A stretch of DNA of 64,000 nt from assembly GCA_038247415.1 (NCBI GenBank), contig JBBRUX010000002.1, positions 64,001 through 128,000 of the forward strand, written 5' to 3'. The stretch comes from Chitinivibrionales bacterium (GTDB lineage Bacteria; Fibrobacterota; Chitinivibrionia; Chitinivibrionales; WJKA01). This document shows positions 1-9,856 of the stretch, one piece after another; position 1 is the first letter of the stretch; each line of letters begins with the position of its first letter. Under the pieces are notes generated by a model. The model made no database searches. It saw nothing but the letters and a program-made list of their open reading frames with translations, and was not told the origin of the DNA. Position numbers and translations under genes: made by a program.

Positions 1-46
1 CGTATTACTCTCAAACTCTTATTCCTCATCTTGTGGAGCAACAATA

Positions 47-1447
47 ATGCCGTTTCACCAATACCTCTCTCTTCCTACGGCAGTTGAACTCGAGAGCACC
101 GATAAAATTTCTGCCATTAGTGAACTTATCTCAATCCTTTGCAAAGCAGAGGGCATCAAACGCCCAAAATCTATTGTTGCAGAGGTTCTTAAACGTGAAG
201 AATCATCGTCTACCTTTATAGGAATGGGCATTGCAATTCCACATACGCGCGGTGCAATTAAAGATGATTTTGCCATTCTCATTGGGCGAAGTATCGAGGG
301 CGTTAATTTCGATGCAGCTCGGGGAGCATTAGCTCATATCATTGTTCTGGTAATAGGCAACCAAGACGAAACAGATTATAGCAAACAAATTCTTTTGCTC
401 TCCGAAATTGCCTCATGTTTTAAATCCGAAATTGTGCGCGATCAAATATTAAGCCATAAAGTTCCCGCAGATGTTAAGGCGATTATATCATCCTTCATGC
501 TTTCGAGTAGTACATTCGATCTGCGTGGCATAAGTAAATCTACTTCAAAGATATCCGATCCTGTTCTTTCGGCCGCATCGGGACTTGCAAAAGATATCAA
601 AGCTGCTGCAATTTTTATTTTTGCCGATGCTGTTTTAGAAAACGATTTTATCGATAAGCTTCGCGTTAAGCAAAATATTGTTGTAGTCTCTAGTGTTAAA
701 ACGCGATTCGATCCAGAAGACAAACGAATAAAAGCATGCATACAGGCCCCGCCATTTCTTTCTTCTCGCACCGGGCAATTAAAAATTGGTGTCCTTTTAG
801 CACTCTCACGCAATCTGATTTCCAAAGAAGATCGTATAGTTTGCATCAGTGGTAACTCTAAAAGTGGTGAACTCGATACAATTGTTGCCATCGATATTGC
901 GCGTGAATACGAATTCTACTTTACAACACCACAAACGGTTTTGCCTCCCGATGTAGAACCTGGTGTTCTAGAACGCATTCTTGGACTTGCAGGTGAAATA
1001 GCAGTGGAAGGCCGTGAAGGTAGACCTACAGGGACAATTTTTGTGGTGGGTGATACCAACACGGTTAATTCTCATGTACGGCAGCTCATTATTAATCCTT
1101 TTAGAGGCTATTCAGAGGCCGAGCGCAATATTATGGATCCCGGCCTCGACGAAACCATCAAAGAATTCGCCTCTATAGATGGTGCCTTTATTATCACCGG
1201 AGATGGTATTGTTCTCTCTGCTGGCAGCTATCTACGCCCTCTGGCCGACATTGACAACCTCCCGAGTGGTTTGGGCACACGGCACACCGCTGCCGCTGGA
1301 ATAACCGCCTGCAGCAATGCTTTGGCCATAGCAGTTTCGGAATCTACCGGTGCCATTACCCTCTTTAAAAATGGGGCGGTTTTATTATCTCTTTCTAAGC
1401 CTGTTATGTATGGCAAAGGAGTTCTTCCTCGAATAAACATGCAATAG
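47..1447 (+). CDS. PTS EIIA (Ntr/Fru-type) domain fused to DacZ/CdaZ-like diadenylate cyclase (DisA_N domain)
   Basis: N-terminal RE..SST.IG.GIAIPH EIIA motif; C-terminal EGREG..GTIF, IDGA and GTRHTAA DAC motifs. Confidence 0.88.
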   Translation: MPFHQYLSLPTAVELESTDKISAISELISILCKAEGIKRPKSIVAEVLKREESSSTFIGMGIAIPHTRGAIKDDFAILIGRSIEGVNFDAARGALAHIIVLVIGNQDETDYSKQILLLSEIASCFKSEIVRDQILSHKVPADVKAIISSFMLSSSTFDLRGISKSTSKISDPVLSAASGLAKDIKAAAIFIFADAVLENDFIDKLRVKQNIVVVSSVKTRFDPEDKRIKACIQAPPFLSSRTGQLKIGVLLALSRNLISKEDRIVCISGNSKSGELDTIVAIDIAREYEFYFTTPQTVLPPDVEPGVLERILGLAGEIAVEGREGRPTGTIFVVGDTNTVNSHVRQLIINPFRGYSEAERNIMDPGLDETIKEFASIDGAFIITGDGIVLSAGSYLRPLADIDNLPSGLGTRHTAAAGITACSNALAIAVSESTGAITLFKNGAVLLSLSKPVMYGKGVLPRINMQ

Positions 1448-1513
1448 ATTGATTTTTAAAAAGTTACAATCCTATTTTACTAAATTTTACTACAATTATC
1501 AAAGGAATAGTTC

Positions 1514-2863
1514 ATGGCACAGGCTCGTATTACCTTCGACGACAAAACCCTCTCCTCTGTCATTCAACCTTCTGAAATTGCTGCATTTGCCGAATCTATT
1601 GCAGCCGCAGAAAAAATGCTTGCAGATAAAACGGGCCTTGGTTCAGATTTTCTTGGCTGGCTTAATCTTCCTCGAGAAACAACCGACGCTACACTCGAGG
1701 CAATCTCTGCCAAGGCTGCCGACCTTCGCGCAAAAGGCGATATCATGATTTGTATTGGGATTGGTGGTTCGTATCTTGGATCTAAAGCTGCGCTGGAATT
1801 TCTTGGATCTACTTTCGACGACCAACGTAAACCTCGGGTTATCTTTGCTGGTCACAATCTCAATTCCGATTATCTTGCCGATTTATCAGATCTTATTGCA
1901 ACCCGCGATGTTGTTGTAAACGTTATTTCAAAATCGGGAACAACCACCGAACCGGGTGTTGTATTTCGTATTATTCGCTCGTGGATGGAAAAAAAATATG
2001 GGCGCAAAGGTGCTGCAGAACGAATTGTTGCAACAACCGACCCTGCAAAAGGCGCTCTTCGTAAACTTGCAACCGAAGAAAGTTATGCCACGTTTCCTAT
2101 TCCTTCTGATGTGGGGGGAAGATTTTCGGTTCTAACTGCAGTTGGTTTGCTTCCTATCGCCTATGCGGGAATCGACATTAAAAAACTCATTAAAGGTGCA
2201 CAAGAAGCACAATCTTTTTGTAGCGGATCCGACCTTACTAAAAATATTGCTGCACGCTATGCAGTAACGCGTAATATTCTTTTGCGTCGGGGTAAAGTTA
2301 TCGAAATGATGGCAACCTTTCAACCTCAGCTTCATTTTATTGGCGAATGGTACAAGCAGCTCGCTGGCGAATCCGAAGGTAAAAACGAAACAGGTATTTT
2401 TCCTTCAGTTCTCGATTATACTACCGACCTCCATTCTCTTGGACAATGGATGCAGCAAGGTATTCGTAATGTTTTCGAAACCTTTATTCGCATTAAGAAA
2501 ACTCGTTCTACTCTTGTTGTTCCTCGCTTCGACCAAGATGATGATGGACTTAACTATCTTCACAACGTAAGCATCGAGGAAATTAACGAAAACGCTTACA
2601 AAGGAACACTGCTTGCGCATATGGATGGTGGCGTTCCTGCTGCAACCATTATTTGCGACGACAGAAGCGAAGAAACACTGGGTCAGCTGTTTTACTTTTT
2701 CGAAAAAACCATCGCTCTTTCTGGTTATATTCTTCGAGTCAATCCATTCGACCAACCTGGGGTAGAAGCATACAAAGAAAACATGTTTGCATTGCTGTCT
2801 AAAAAAGGTTTCGAAGCACAAGGTGAAATTCTTAAAGGCCGCCTCGCTAAATTAGGACAATAA
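1514..2863 (+). CDS. pgi: Glucose-6-phosphate isomerase
   Basis: [28 protein letters not shown] and NPFDQPGVE motifs. Confidence 0.97.
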   Translation: MAQARITFDDKTLSSVIQPSEIAAFAESIAAAEKMLADKTGLGSDFLGWLNLPRETTDATLEAISAKAADLRAKGDIMICIGIGGSYLGSKAALEFLGSTFDDQRKPRVIFAGHNLNSDYLADLSDLIATRDVVVNVISKSGTTTEPGVVFRIIRSWMEKKYGRKGAAERIVATTDPAKGALRKLATEESYATFPIPSDVGGRFSVLTAVGLLPIAYAGIDIKKLIKGAQEAQSFCSGSDLTKNIAARYAVTRNILLRRGKVIEMMATFQPQLHFIGEWYKQLAGESEGKNETGIFPSVLDYTTDLHSLGQWMQQGIRNVFETFIRIKKTRSTLVVPRFDQDDDGLNYLHNVSIEEINENAYKGTLLAHMDGGVPAATIICDDRSEETLGQLFYFFEKTIALSGYILRVNPFDQPGVEAYKENMFALLSKKGFEAQGEILKGRLAKLGQ

Positions 2864-2868
2864 TACCT

Positions 2869-3285
2869 ATGAAGTCATTTCGGGAAACACTCGAATTTAC
2901 TATTTCTACCCGGCGCGATTATATCAATATCACGCCGCGTGTAGAAGAAATACTTGCTAAAAGCGGTATTCAAGAAGGTTTATGCCTTGTCAATGCCATG
3001 CACATTACTGCAAGCGTCTACATTAATGATGATGAACCTGGTTTACTCAAAGACTACGACGATTGGCTCGAACACTTGGCTCCACATGCCCCGGTAAGCC
3101 ACTATCGCCACAATGGCTTCGAAGATAATGGCGACGCTCATTTAAAACGTCAAATTATGGGCAGAGAGGTTGTTGTAGCTGTTACAAAAGGGAACCTTGA
3201 TCTGGGCCCCTGGGAACAGATTTTTTACGGGGAGTTCGATGGTCGCAGGCCGAAACGCGTTTTAGTAAAAATTATCGGCGAATAA
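2869..3285 (+). CDS. yjbQ: YjbQ/UPF0047 family protein (secondary thiamine-phosphate synthase)
   Basis: HITAS..INDDE, NGDAHLK and [14 protein letters not shown] motifs. Confidence 0.93.
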   Translation: MKSFRETLEFTISTRRDYINITPRVEEILAKSGIQEGLCLVNAMHITASVYINDDEPGLLKDYDDWLEHLAPHAPVSHYRHNGFEDNGDAHLKRQIMGREVVVAVTKGNLDLGPWEQIFYGEFDGRRPKRVLVKIIGE

Positions 3286-3297
3286 AGGAGTTGCTCG

Positions 3298-4077
3298 ATG
3301 TCTCCTACGCTACGATTTATTCTCGAAGAGAGCAATTCTCCTGCATTCAATATGGCTGCCGATTCTTGGCTCTTTACCACGGCACACAAGCGAGAAGAAA
3401 TTGTTATCCGTTTTTATGGCTGGGATCCCGCTTCTATTTCTTTGGGGTATATGCAAAACCCAACACTGGATCTTGACCTTTCTGCACTGCGCACGCAAAA
3501 AATTGGTTTTGTCAAGCGCATTACCGGGGGAAGAGCCATATACCACGATACCGATCTCACCTATTCGGTGTCATTTTCCACGGCCCATGCAATGCTAGGA
3601 TCCACTATTCGCCAAACATACAAACTCATTGCGCAATGCCTTTGCAACGGACTTGCTCTTGGGGGATTAGAAACTAATTTTCATACCAAAGAAATCGATC
3701 CACGCGCAGTACGATCCAATACAAAATTGCCCTGTTTTTTGGCTCCTAACCGTGATGAAGTAATGGTTGACAATAAAAAGCTTATCGGTTCAGCTCAAAA
3801 ACGAGGAAGTCCTGGTGTTTTGCAGCACGGGTCTATTCCCCTTTCAATGGCTTTCGCGCAACTTCCCGATTTTCTTTCGATATCAAACGAAGAGCGCACT
3901 GCGCAAAAAAAACTTCTAATTTCATCCTGTACCTGCATTCACGCGTCTGCACCATCTTTAACAAAAGATAAACTCGTTTCACTGCTGTGTACGGGATTTG
4001 CAGAAACTCTTGCGTTGCCTGCAGAATATGTCGGCTGGACTCAACAAGAAAAAGATGCCATTAATGCCTGCGGGTAA
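3298..4077 (+). CDS. Lipoate-protein ligase A / octanoyltransferase (LipM-like) family
   Basis: NMAAD, RITGGRAIYH, KKLIGSAQ and LQHGSI motifs. Confidence 0.88.
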   Translation: MSPTLRFILEESNSPAFNMAADSWLFTTAHKREEIVIRFYGWDPASISLGYMQNPTLDLDLSALRTQKIGFVKRITGGRAIYHDTDLTYSVSFSTAHAMLGSTIRQTYKLIAQCLCNGLALGGLETNFHTKEIDPRAVRSNTKLPCFLAPNRDEVMVDNKKLIGSAQKRGSPGVLQHGSIPLSMAFAQLPDFLSISNEERTAQKKLLISSCTCIHASAPSLTKDKLVSLLCTGFAETLALPAEYVGWTQQEKDAINACG

Positions 4078-5236
4078 TTTCAATATTTTATCGGCAGTTC
4101 CATCCTACTCTCTCTATCTTCATATTCCTTTTTGCTCCTCGTTTTGTACCTATTGTGATTTTTACTCCATATCCTATAATGAAACTCTTATTGACACCTT
4201 TATACAGTCACTGATAACCGAATTTTCTTATTATGAAAATCTTTATGATCTTAGTGCCATTCCGGTTTCAAGCATTTTTATAGGCGGGGGGACTCCCACA
4301 ACTTTATCGCCAAAAGCTTTTAAACAATTAGATGCCGCTCTCTTTTCAAAGCTTAACCGCGGGCCAGGTTTCGAATGGACCATAGAATGCAATCCCGAAA
4401 GCTTTACCAACGAGCATGCAGAATGTTTTTTGGAAATGGGTGTAACCCGTTTAACGTTTGGCATGCAAACACTTATTCCCCAAGAACAAAAACATATTGG
4501 GCGAATATATAATGAATCACTGATTGCAATTCTTATGCATAATCCTATCCTCCAAAAATTTACATCGATTGGGGTGGATATCATTTTTGGATTACCTACT
4601 CAAACACTATCGACGCTAGAGTATACCCTTGACAGATTGCTTTCTTTTCCACGCATTAATCATCTCAGCGCATACGAACTAGATCTTCATCCTTCTACTC
4701 CCCTCTTTGATCAAAAAGACCGCCTCCCTTTTCCCGATGAAGACACGATTTCGAATATGTACGATCTTATTGTAACAAAAACATCAGCACAAAAACTTCA
4801 TCGTTATGAGATATCAAATTATGCACTGCAAGGGTTTGAATCTATCCACAATAATGCCTACTGGAATCATCTTCCCTACATAGGACTTGGTCCATCTGCG
4901 CACTCCTTTTTTAATGGCAACCGCTACGCAAATTATTCTGATATCTCTTTATATATCAATGCATTAAAGGATTTGAAGAGCGCTACAGAATTCCGCGAAG
5001 TTTTAACGCCCACAATGATTTCGGATGAAATGATTTTTTTAAATTTGAGAACAACCAAAGGTCTGAATGAAAATGATTTTTTCTTAAAAACTGGATGTGT
5101 TTTTTATGAGGGAAAAAGAATAAAGAGCCTTGATCGTTTCATCACCCAACGGCTCGTGCTTCATGAAAATGAATACTTTAAGCTGTCAGACCGAGGAATG
5201 AAAATTGCGGATGCTATTATTAGAGAGTTGGTATAA
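4055..5236 (+). CDS. hemW: Radical SAM heme chaperone HemW (HemN-like)
   Basis: LYLHIPFCSSFCTYCDF (CxxxCxxC), GGGTPT, YEISNY, HNNAYW; start at ATG 4055 or 4064 rather than 3998. Confidence 0.9.
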   Translation: MPLMPAGNFNILSAVPSYSLYLHIPFCSSFCTYCDFYSISYNETLIDTFIQSLITEFSYYENLYDLSAIPVSSIFIGGGTPTTLSPKAFKQLDAALFSKLNRGPGFEWTIECNPESFTNEHAECFLEMGVTRLTFGMQTLIPQEQKHIGRIYNESLIAILMHNPILQKFTSIGVDIIFGLPTQTLSTLEYTLDRLLSFPRINHLSAYELDLHPSTPLFDQKDRLPFPDEDTISNMYDLIVTKTSAQKLHRYEISNYALQGFESIHNNAYWNHLPYIGLGPSAHSFFNGNRYANYSDISLYINALKDLKSATEFREVLTPTMISDEMIFLNLRTTKGLNENDFFLKTGCVFYEGKRIKSLDRFITQRLVLHENEYFKLSDRGMKIADAIIRELV

Positions 5237-5250
5237 TTCCAATTTTACAA

Positions 5251-5373
5251 TTATTTGACTATCTCATTAAACAAGGCATTTAAGTACTTCCTCTCTGTTT
5301 TTTGTTCTATTCCTTGTTCCCGCCCCATTTGAATCAGGGATTCTTCATGTTTTTTTACTGCAGTTTCCCACAT
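5251..5373 (-). CDS. Putative 40-aa RpnS-like small protein (C-terminal part of the Rpn relic)
   Basis: Perfect GGAGGT (5386-5381) 7 nt before ATG 5373; MWETAVKKHEESLIQMGREQGIEQKTERKYLNALFNEIVK. Confidence 0.5.
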   Translation of the reverse strand: MWETAVKKHEESLIQMGREQGIEQKTERKYLNALFNEIVK

Positions 5374-5608
5374 TGTAGATACCTCCATTAAGTCTTGTAT
5401 ATTCTTTATAGGTTTTGCTTTGAGCTTTATCTTTTGGGCAAGATTGCATCCATCGAACAATTGAGTCTACGAGTTCCAAGGTCGATCGCCGTTGTAGAGA
5501 AGAATCGGAAATACCGGCTGTAGCAATTCGCAAGGCCATGAAACGATCAACCGTTGATTGAAATTCAATCAATAAATAAATATAGGTAGCCCTTCCATCC
5601 AAACACAC
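5251..5608 (-). pseudogene. Decayed Rpn (YhgA-like, PD-(D/E)XK) nuclease/putative transposase remnant
   Basis: YIYLLIEFQSTVDRFMALRI in one frame; LQPVFPILLYNGDRPW followed by an in-frame TAG in another; C-terminal GREQGIEQK; internal deletions and a frameshift. Confidence 0.8.
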
Positions 5609-5706
5609 CCTCGTTACACGGTACTAATTTCGATGTACACATTTTTTTCCTCCTCTTCTCTTTTCTCGCCCTCCATTGTATACTCTATTTAATATCAACC
5701 ATTTAC

Positions 5707-7242
5707 ATGGAGTCGCTCATGCTTGATGCCCTCATCCTCGTTCTTATTTGTATACTTTCTTACTATTTAAAACGTTCCTATTTTAATCTTCCTCTCGATA
5801 GAGATTATGGCGGCCATGGTTATGTTGCTTATTCGTGGTTGCACAAGCGCGGGCTCATGTATCGGGATATCTACGAGAGTAAAACGCCCTTACTTAAAAT
5901 TATTTACATCATAATCTTTAAGATATACGGAATTACCCGCATTGGATTTAGAAAATTTTTAGCACAGTACACAACCCTTTCTATACTAACGCTTTATTGC
6001 GTTGGGCTCTTGCTTGACTCTTCGCATACGGGGCTCATTATGGCTGGCCTCTTTGGTCTCGCATCTTGTATTCCGTCATTATGGTGGCATTTTTCCAATA
6101 CCGAAAGCTACTACATTCTTCCAACCTCTCTAAGCTTTCTCTTTCTCGTACTCATGCTTACGCATCCACATAGCTCAATCACTCATTTGTATACTTTTTT
6201 AGCGGGGCTTTTTTGTGCCATTGCGTTTATGTTCAAACAGCCCGCTCTCATAAATACAGGGCTGCCTCAATTTATTTTTCTTTCCCTTCCCCCGGTTTTT
6301 TCTATTATTACAGTATCTATGTATCTTGCAGGATTTGCAATCCCCTTTGCACTTTTTTTTATATACTTTGTAATCATACACAAAACACCAATTACCGATA
6401 CTCCGTTTGGCATAAAGCTTCTTAAAATCATTCGTCAATATCATGCCTCCCCTCTTTTCAAAAAAAATCCAGCAACAACCCATTATCACAGAATCCGACT
6501 CAAAGGCATTTTTACCGATTGTATGTTACTCATCGTTTTTGGCATTATTGGATCATGGTGCGCATTTAATACAGGCACCCCGCAACACGCACTCATGCTC
6601 ATGTGGCTGGGCTGTGCAATCGTAAGTATCATCATTAGCCGAACATATCTTCCCTATCATTTCATTCCCCTCATTGCCCCCCTTTCGATATTAAGTGGAA
6701 TTGCTATTGCAAACCTTTTTGCGCATGCTTCTCACGTTCCCTTTTCGCAACTAAATTTTTATGGCATTGGAGCTCTTCTCGTACTCAGTTGCTTTTTTCT
6801 CTATCAGCTCATTAACGATCTCCTTGTAATGCCTCATGTACTTATCGGAAATTTTTATTCTGGCGAAGATGGCCTCTACACTTCCTGCGAAGATGCTGGC
6901 AACTATATAAAGGCACATAGCACCCCTGATGATTATGTCTATTCCTGGGGGCATGAAGCAACCATCTATCTCTGGTCCCAGCGACGATGCCCCTCGCGAA
7001 TGATATTCCCTCCTGTCATGAATCCAAGCATGTTTTCTAAAGATCAGGTCGCAGCAGAATATTCTTCACTCATACGTAATATGCCAAAATTTTTTGTAAT
7101 CACATCAACCTTCGATGGTTTTAAAGAATTCGAAATGCTCGTTTCGTATAATTATGTTTTAGATAAAAAATTTGAACCCGGCGTGTATGTTTTCAAACGA
7201 CGAGAACAAGCACAACCCATCGCACCAACGGTAGCTCCATGA
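5707..7242 (+). CDS. Multi-pass membrane glycosyltransferase (GT-C fold, ArnT/PMT-like)
   Basis: DRD acidic loop after TM1, YRDIYESKTP, about 11 hydrophobic segments, soluble C-terminal domain. Confidence 0.72.
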   Translation: MESLMLDALILVLICILSYYLKRSYFNLPLDRDYGGHGYVAYSWLHKRGLMYRDIYESKTPLLKIIYIIIFKIYGITRIGFRKFLAQYTTLSILTLYCVGLLLDSSHTGLIMAGLFGLASCIPSLWWHFSNTESYYILPTSLSFLFLVLMLTHPHSSITHLYTFLAGLFCAIAFMFKQPALINTGLPQFIFLSLPPVFSIITVSMYLAGFAIPFALFFIYFVIIHKTPITDTPFGIKLLKIIRQYHASPLFKKNPATTHYHRIRLKGIFTDCMLLIVFGIIGSWCAFNTGTPQHALMLMWLGCAIVSIIISRTYLPYHFIPLIAPLSILSGIAIANLFAHASHVPFSQLNFYGIGALLVLSCFFLYQLINDLLVMPHVLIGNFYSGEDGLYTSCEDAGNYIKAHSTPDDYVYSWGHEATIYLWSQRRCPSRMIFPPVMNPSMFSKDQVAAEYSSLIRNMPKFFVITSTFDGFKEFEMLVSYNYVLDKKFEPGVYVFKRREQAQPIAPTVAP

Positions 7243-8141
7243 TCACCGATTTCCACAAACGCAAAGAAGAAATTTGCGAGTTGGTTATGAAGCACTATCA
7301 GACCACCTTCTCTAAAATTTTCCCTCAAGGAACCGATTTTACTGCCTTAGCCCAGGAACTTCTTAGCGAGCAAAAGGCTTCCGATGAATTATTTCGCTTA
7401 GAAAAAACCATTGGTACCTCGTTAGCGCACAAAAAGGTTCTTGAAATTGGCAGCGGATATGGGATGGTTGTGTGTACAGGAATTAAAAACTTTCAGGCAG
7501 AAATGCACGGCATTGAACCGGGAGAACAATTTAGCGGAAGCTTTTCTTTATCTCAGGAAATATGTACTGCATACTCAATAGATCCCGCATGTATACAACG
7601 CGGCGTTGGTGAAGCCCTCCCTTATGCACCTAATACCTTTGATGTTGTGTATTCCTCAAACGTTCTCGAACACGTAAATGATCCTCAAAAGGTTCTTGCG
7701 GAGTCTATTCGTGTTTGTAAAGAAGATGGTTTTGTCGTATGCGTAGTACCAAATTATGGCTCTTTTTGGGAAGGGCACTACGGATTTTTCTTTTTGCCCC
7801 ACTCACCAAAATGGGCTCTTAAACTAATTGCCCGATTTTTAGGTCGAGACCCTTCTTTTATTGATACCTTGCAACTCGTAACATTTGGTAAACTTACAAA
7901 GTGGCTCGCATCAATACAAGAACCTTTTGAAATTATAGGATGGGGAGAAGATTTGTTTGCTCATAGATTACGCACTCTTGATATTGCTGCGTGGGCACTG
8001 CTATCTCGTGTTGTCGTTCTTGCAAAACTTCTTAAGAATTTAAAGATTACTGAACTTGCACTCTGGTTTTCTCGGATATTTCATTGGGAAACCCCTTTTG
8101 TTGTGGTTCTTAAAAAGGGCCGATCTAAAGGCTCCACATAA
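7239..8141 (+). CDS. Class I SAM-dependent methyltransferase
   Basis: VLEIGSGYG and FDVVYSSNVLEHV; ATGA overlap with the upstream gene. Confidence 0.88.
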   Translation: MITDFHKRKEEICELVMKHYQTTFSKIFPQGTDFTALAQELLSEQKASDELFRLEKTIGTSLAHKKVLEIGSGYGMVVCTGIKNFQAEMHGIEPGEQFSGSFSLSQEICTAYSIDPACIQRGVGEALPYAPNTFDVVYSSNVLEHVNDPQKVLAESIRVCKEDGFVVCVVPNYGSFWEGHYGFFFLPHSPKWALKLIARFLGRDPSFIDTLQLVTFGKLTKWLASIQEPFEIIGWGEDLFAHRLRTLDIAAWALLSRVVVLAKLLKNLKITELALWFSRIFHWETPFVVVLKKGRSKGST

Positions 8142-8167
8142 CCAAGAACTGTTCTCGCTTAAAGTAA

Positions 8168-8318
8168 TACATCGTGCAGGAACGCTGTTGGGGTGAAAAA
8201 TGGAATCATCAAAAAATACAATCTGTTGTTTCTTTTGAAAAGGTAAGCTGGTAAGATGATTTTCACAAAAGATATGAAAGATATCATTGAGCTTTTTGAA
8301 AAGCATACCGTTCAATAC
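8168..8318 (+). pseudogene. Possible remnant of a small-protein/nucleotidyltransferase (toxin-antitoxin-like) gene pair
   Basis: Stop-terminated fragment ...QERCWGEKWNHQKIQSVVSFEKVSW*, then ATG 8256 MIFTKDMKDIIELFEKHTVQY, which resembles the start of DUF6036-like NTases and is cut off at the convergent gene end. Confidence 0.4.
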
Positions 8319-9142
8319 ACCCGCCCCCCAAATTTCCACGAATTCCCGTTTCGTTTAATTATGTAGGTGCTTTTTAGATCAATCGCGGCTATACTTCCAA
8401 GCCATTTTTCAATGGCAGCCTTAGGAATATAGCGTGTTTGCGGTGTTACTAATTGATCAAAGGCAACATGATGAAAAAACGAAAACTCCCTTTGCACAAT
8501 CCACACAGCATATTCAAAGAGCGGCAATTTTTTAACAATCGGATTATTCTTAAATCGAGATACTATGTGAGCATATATAAAGAAGGGAATTACCAAAGGC
8601 AATGCTAGGCAATATTTTGAAATAAACCACGGAAGCCTGCTTGCAATCATTCTGACCGGGTCAACAAACATCCTGATCGTTGCGTTTCCTTCTTGAGCAT
8701 ATACCCAGCAATGAAATGCTCCACCAGCGGAAACATTGCGAACTACCGATTGAAATCCTTTAAAAGGGTCTTTGAGGTGATGTAATACTCCTATACAATA
8801 GACCACATCAAACCCTTTGCTTATATACTCTGTTAAGTCGGTTTGATAAATAGCATATTTTTGATCGACGTAATGAGACATGTTTTTATACGCAGATAAA
8901 ACCGAATCACCAAGATCAACACCTTCCAAATAGCGCGGTTTCCAACTCGCCATGTGTACCATAAGCGATGCATTTCCACAGCCTAATTCAAGTACCCGTT
9001 TATTTTCAACGTATTCTTTTGTCAAAGGGTACATCCACTCTTCAAACTGTGCAGCGGTATATACCGATCCCTGCGGCAAATTGTTCCAGGACGATGCAAA
9101 CCGATTGGCTGTTTCGTGATCGGTGGACTTTTGTTGCATCAT
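8312..9142 (-). CDS. Class I SAM-dependent methyltransferase
   Basis: VLELGCGNA and FDVVYCIGVLHHL; start set at ATG 9142, overlapping the upstream TGA. Confidence 0.88.
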   Translation of the reverse strand: MMQQKSTDHETANRFASSWNNLPQGSVYTAAQFEEWMYPLTKEYVENKRVLELGCGNASLMVHMASWKPRYLEGVDLGDSVLSAYKNMSHYVDQKYAIYQTDLTEYISKGFDVVYCIGVLHHLKDPFKGFQSVVRNVSAGGAFHCWVYAQEGNATIRMFVDPVRMIASRLPWFISKYCLALPLVIPFFIYAHIVSRFKNNPIVKKLPLFEYAVWIVQREFSFFHHVAFDQLVTPQTRYIPKAAIEKWLGSIAAIDLKSTYIIKRNGNSWKFGGRVY

Positions 9143-9852
9143 ACTTCTGCCCTTGGTTTTATTTTGCCAACTACAATAATAATGTCCCCAATACCAGGAA
9201 CACCACACCCAAGAATCCAATACGCTACATACCCTAAAAATTTTCTGAGGCCTGTCATAGGTTTAGAATCGGCTGCAATACCAGCCGAAAGGTTTCTATA
9301 CAAAGGCGAATAAATCGGCCACCCCCAATGCTTATATAGTACAATATCAAACCCCGATCCTTTGAGTTTATCGCAGAGCTCATTCTTTTTGTAGTTTCGC
9401 ACATGTCCTACATTTTTTTCAAATTCTCGCATTCGTCCTTCAAGGGTGGCTATTACTATGTATCCCGAACATGCTTTAGCCAAATTAGTAAATGCCTGTT
9501 GGTCTTCTTCGATGTGCTCTGCAACATCTACAAGGGTGATACAATCATAGGTTCCCTCTGGTGGTTTCGACACAACATCCGCAGCCCACAAAGTTGCAGC
9601 TGGGATGTTTTTTTTAGCCAGTTCTATTGCAGTATCCGAAATATCAACACCAAAGAATGAGCACGCAGGATACTTGGCTGCCGCTTGTCGTAAAAAGATT
9701 CCAGGCCCGCAACCTACATCTAAAAGCGTTTTAAATGAAAAACGAGAACATGCATTAAGCACAAGCCTACGAACATGGCGTGACATTGGACCATGAATTT
9801 TCATGTCTTCCCATTCACGCCAATGAGCATCGTATATTTTTTTTTCGTCCAT
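9139..9852 (-). CDS. Class I SAM-dependent methyltransferase
   Basis: LLDVGCGPG and DVAEHI; likely start MDEKK at 9852. Confidence 0.87.
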   Translation of the reverse strand: MDEKKIYDAHWREWEDMKIHGPMSRHVRRLVLNACSRFSFKTLLDVGCGPGIFLRQAAAKYPACSFFGVDISDTAIELAKKNIPAATLWAADVVSKPPEGTYDCITLVDVAEHIEEDQQAFTNLAKACSGYIVIATLEGRMREFEKNVGHVRNYKKNELCDKLKGSGFDIVLYKHWGWPIYSPLYRNLSAGIAADSKPMTGLRKFLGYVAYWILGCGVPGIGDIIIVVGKIKPRAEV

Positions 9853-9856
9853 TTTA

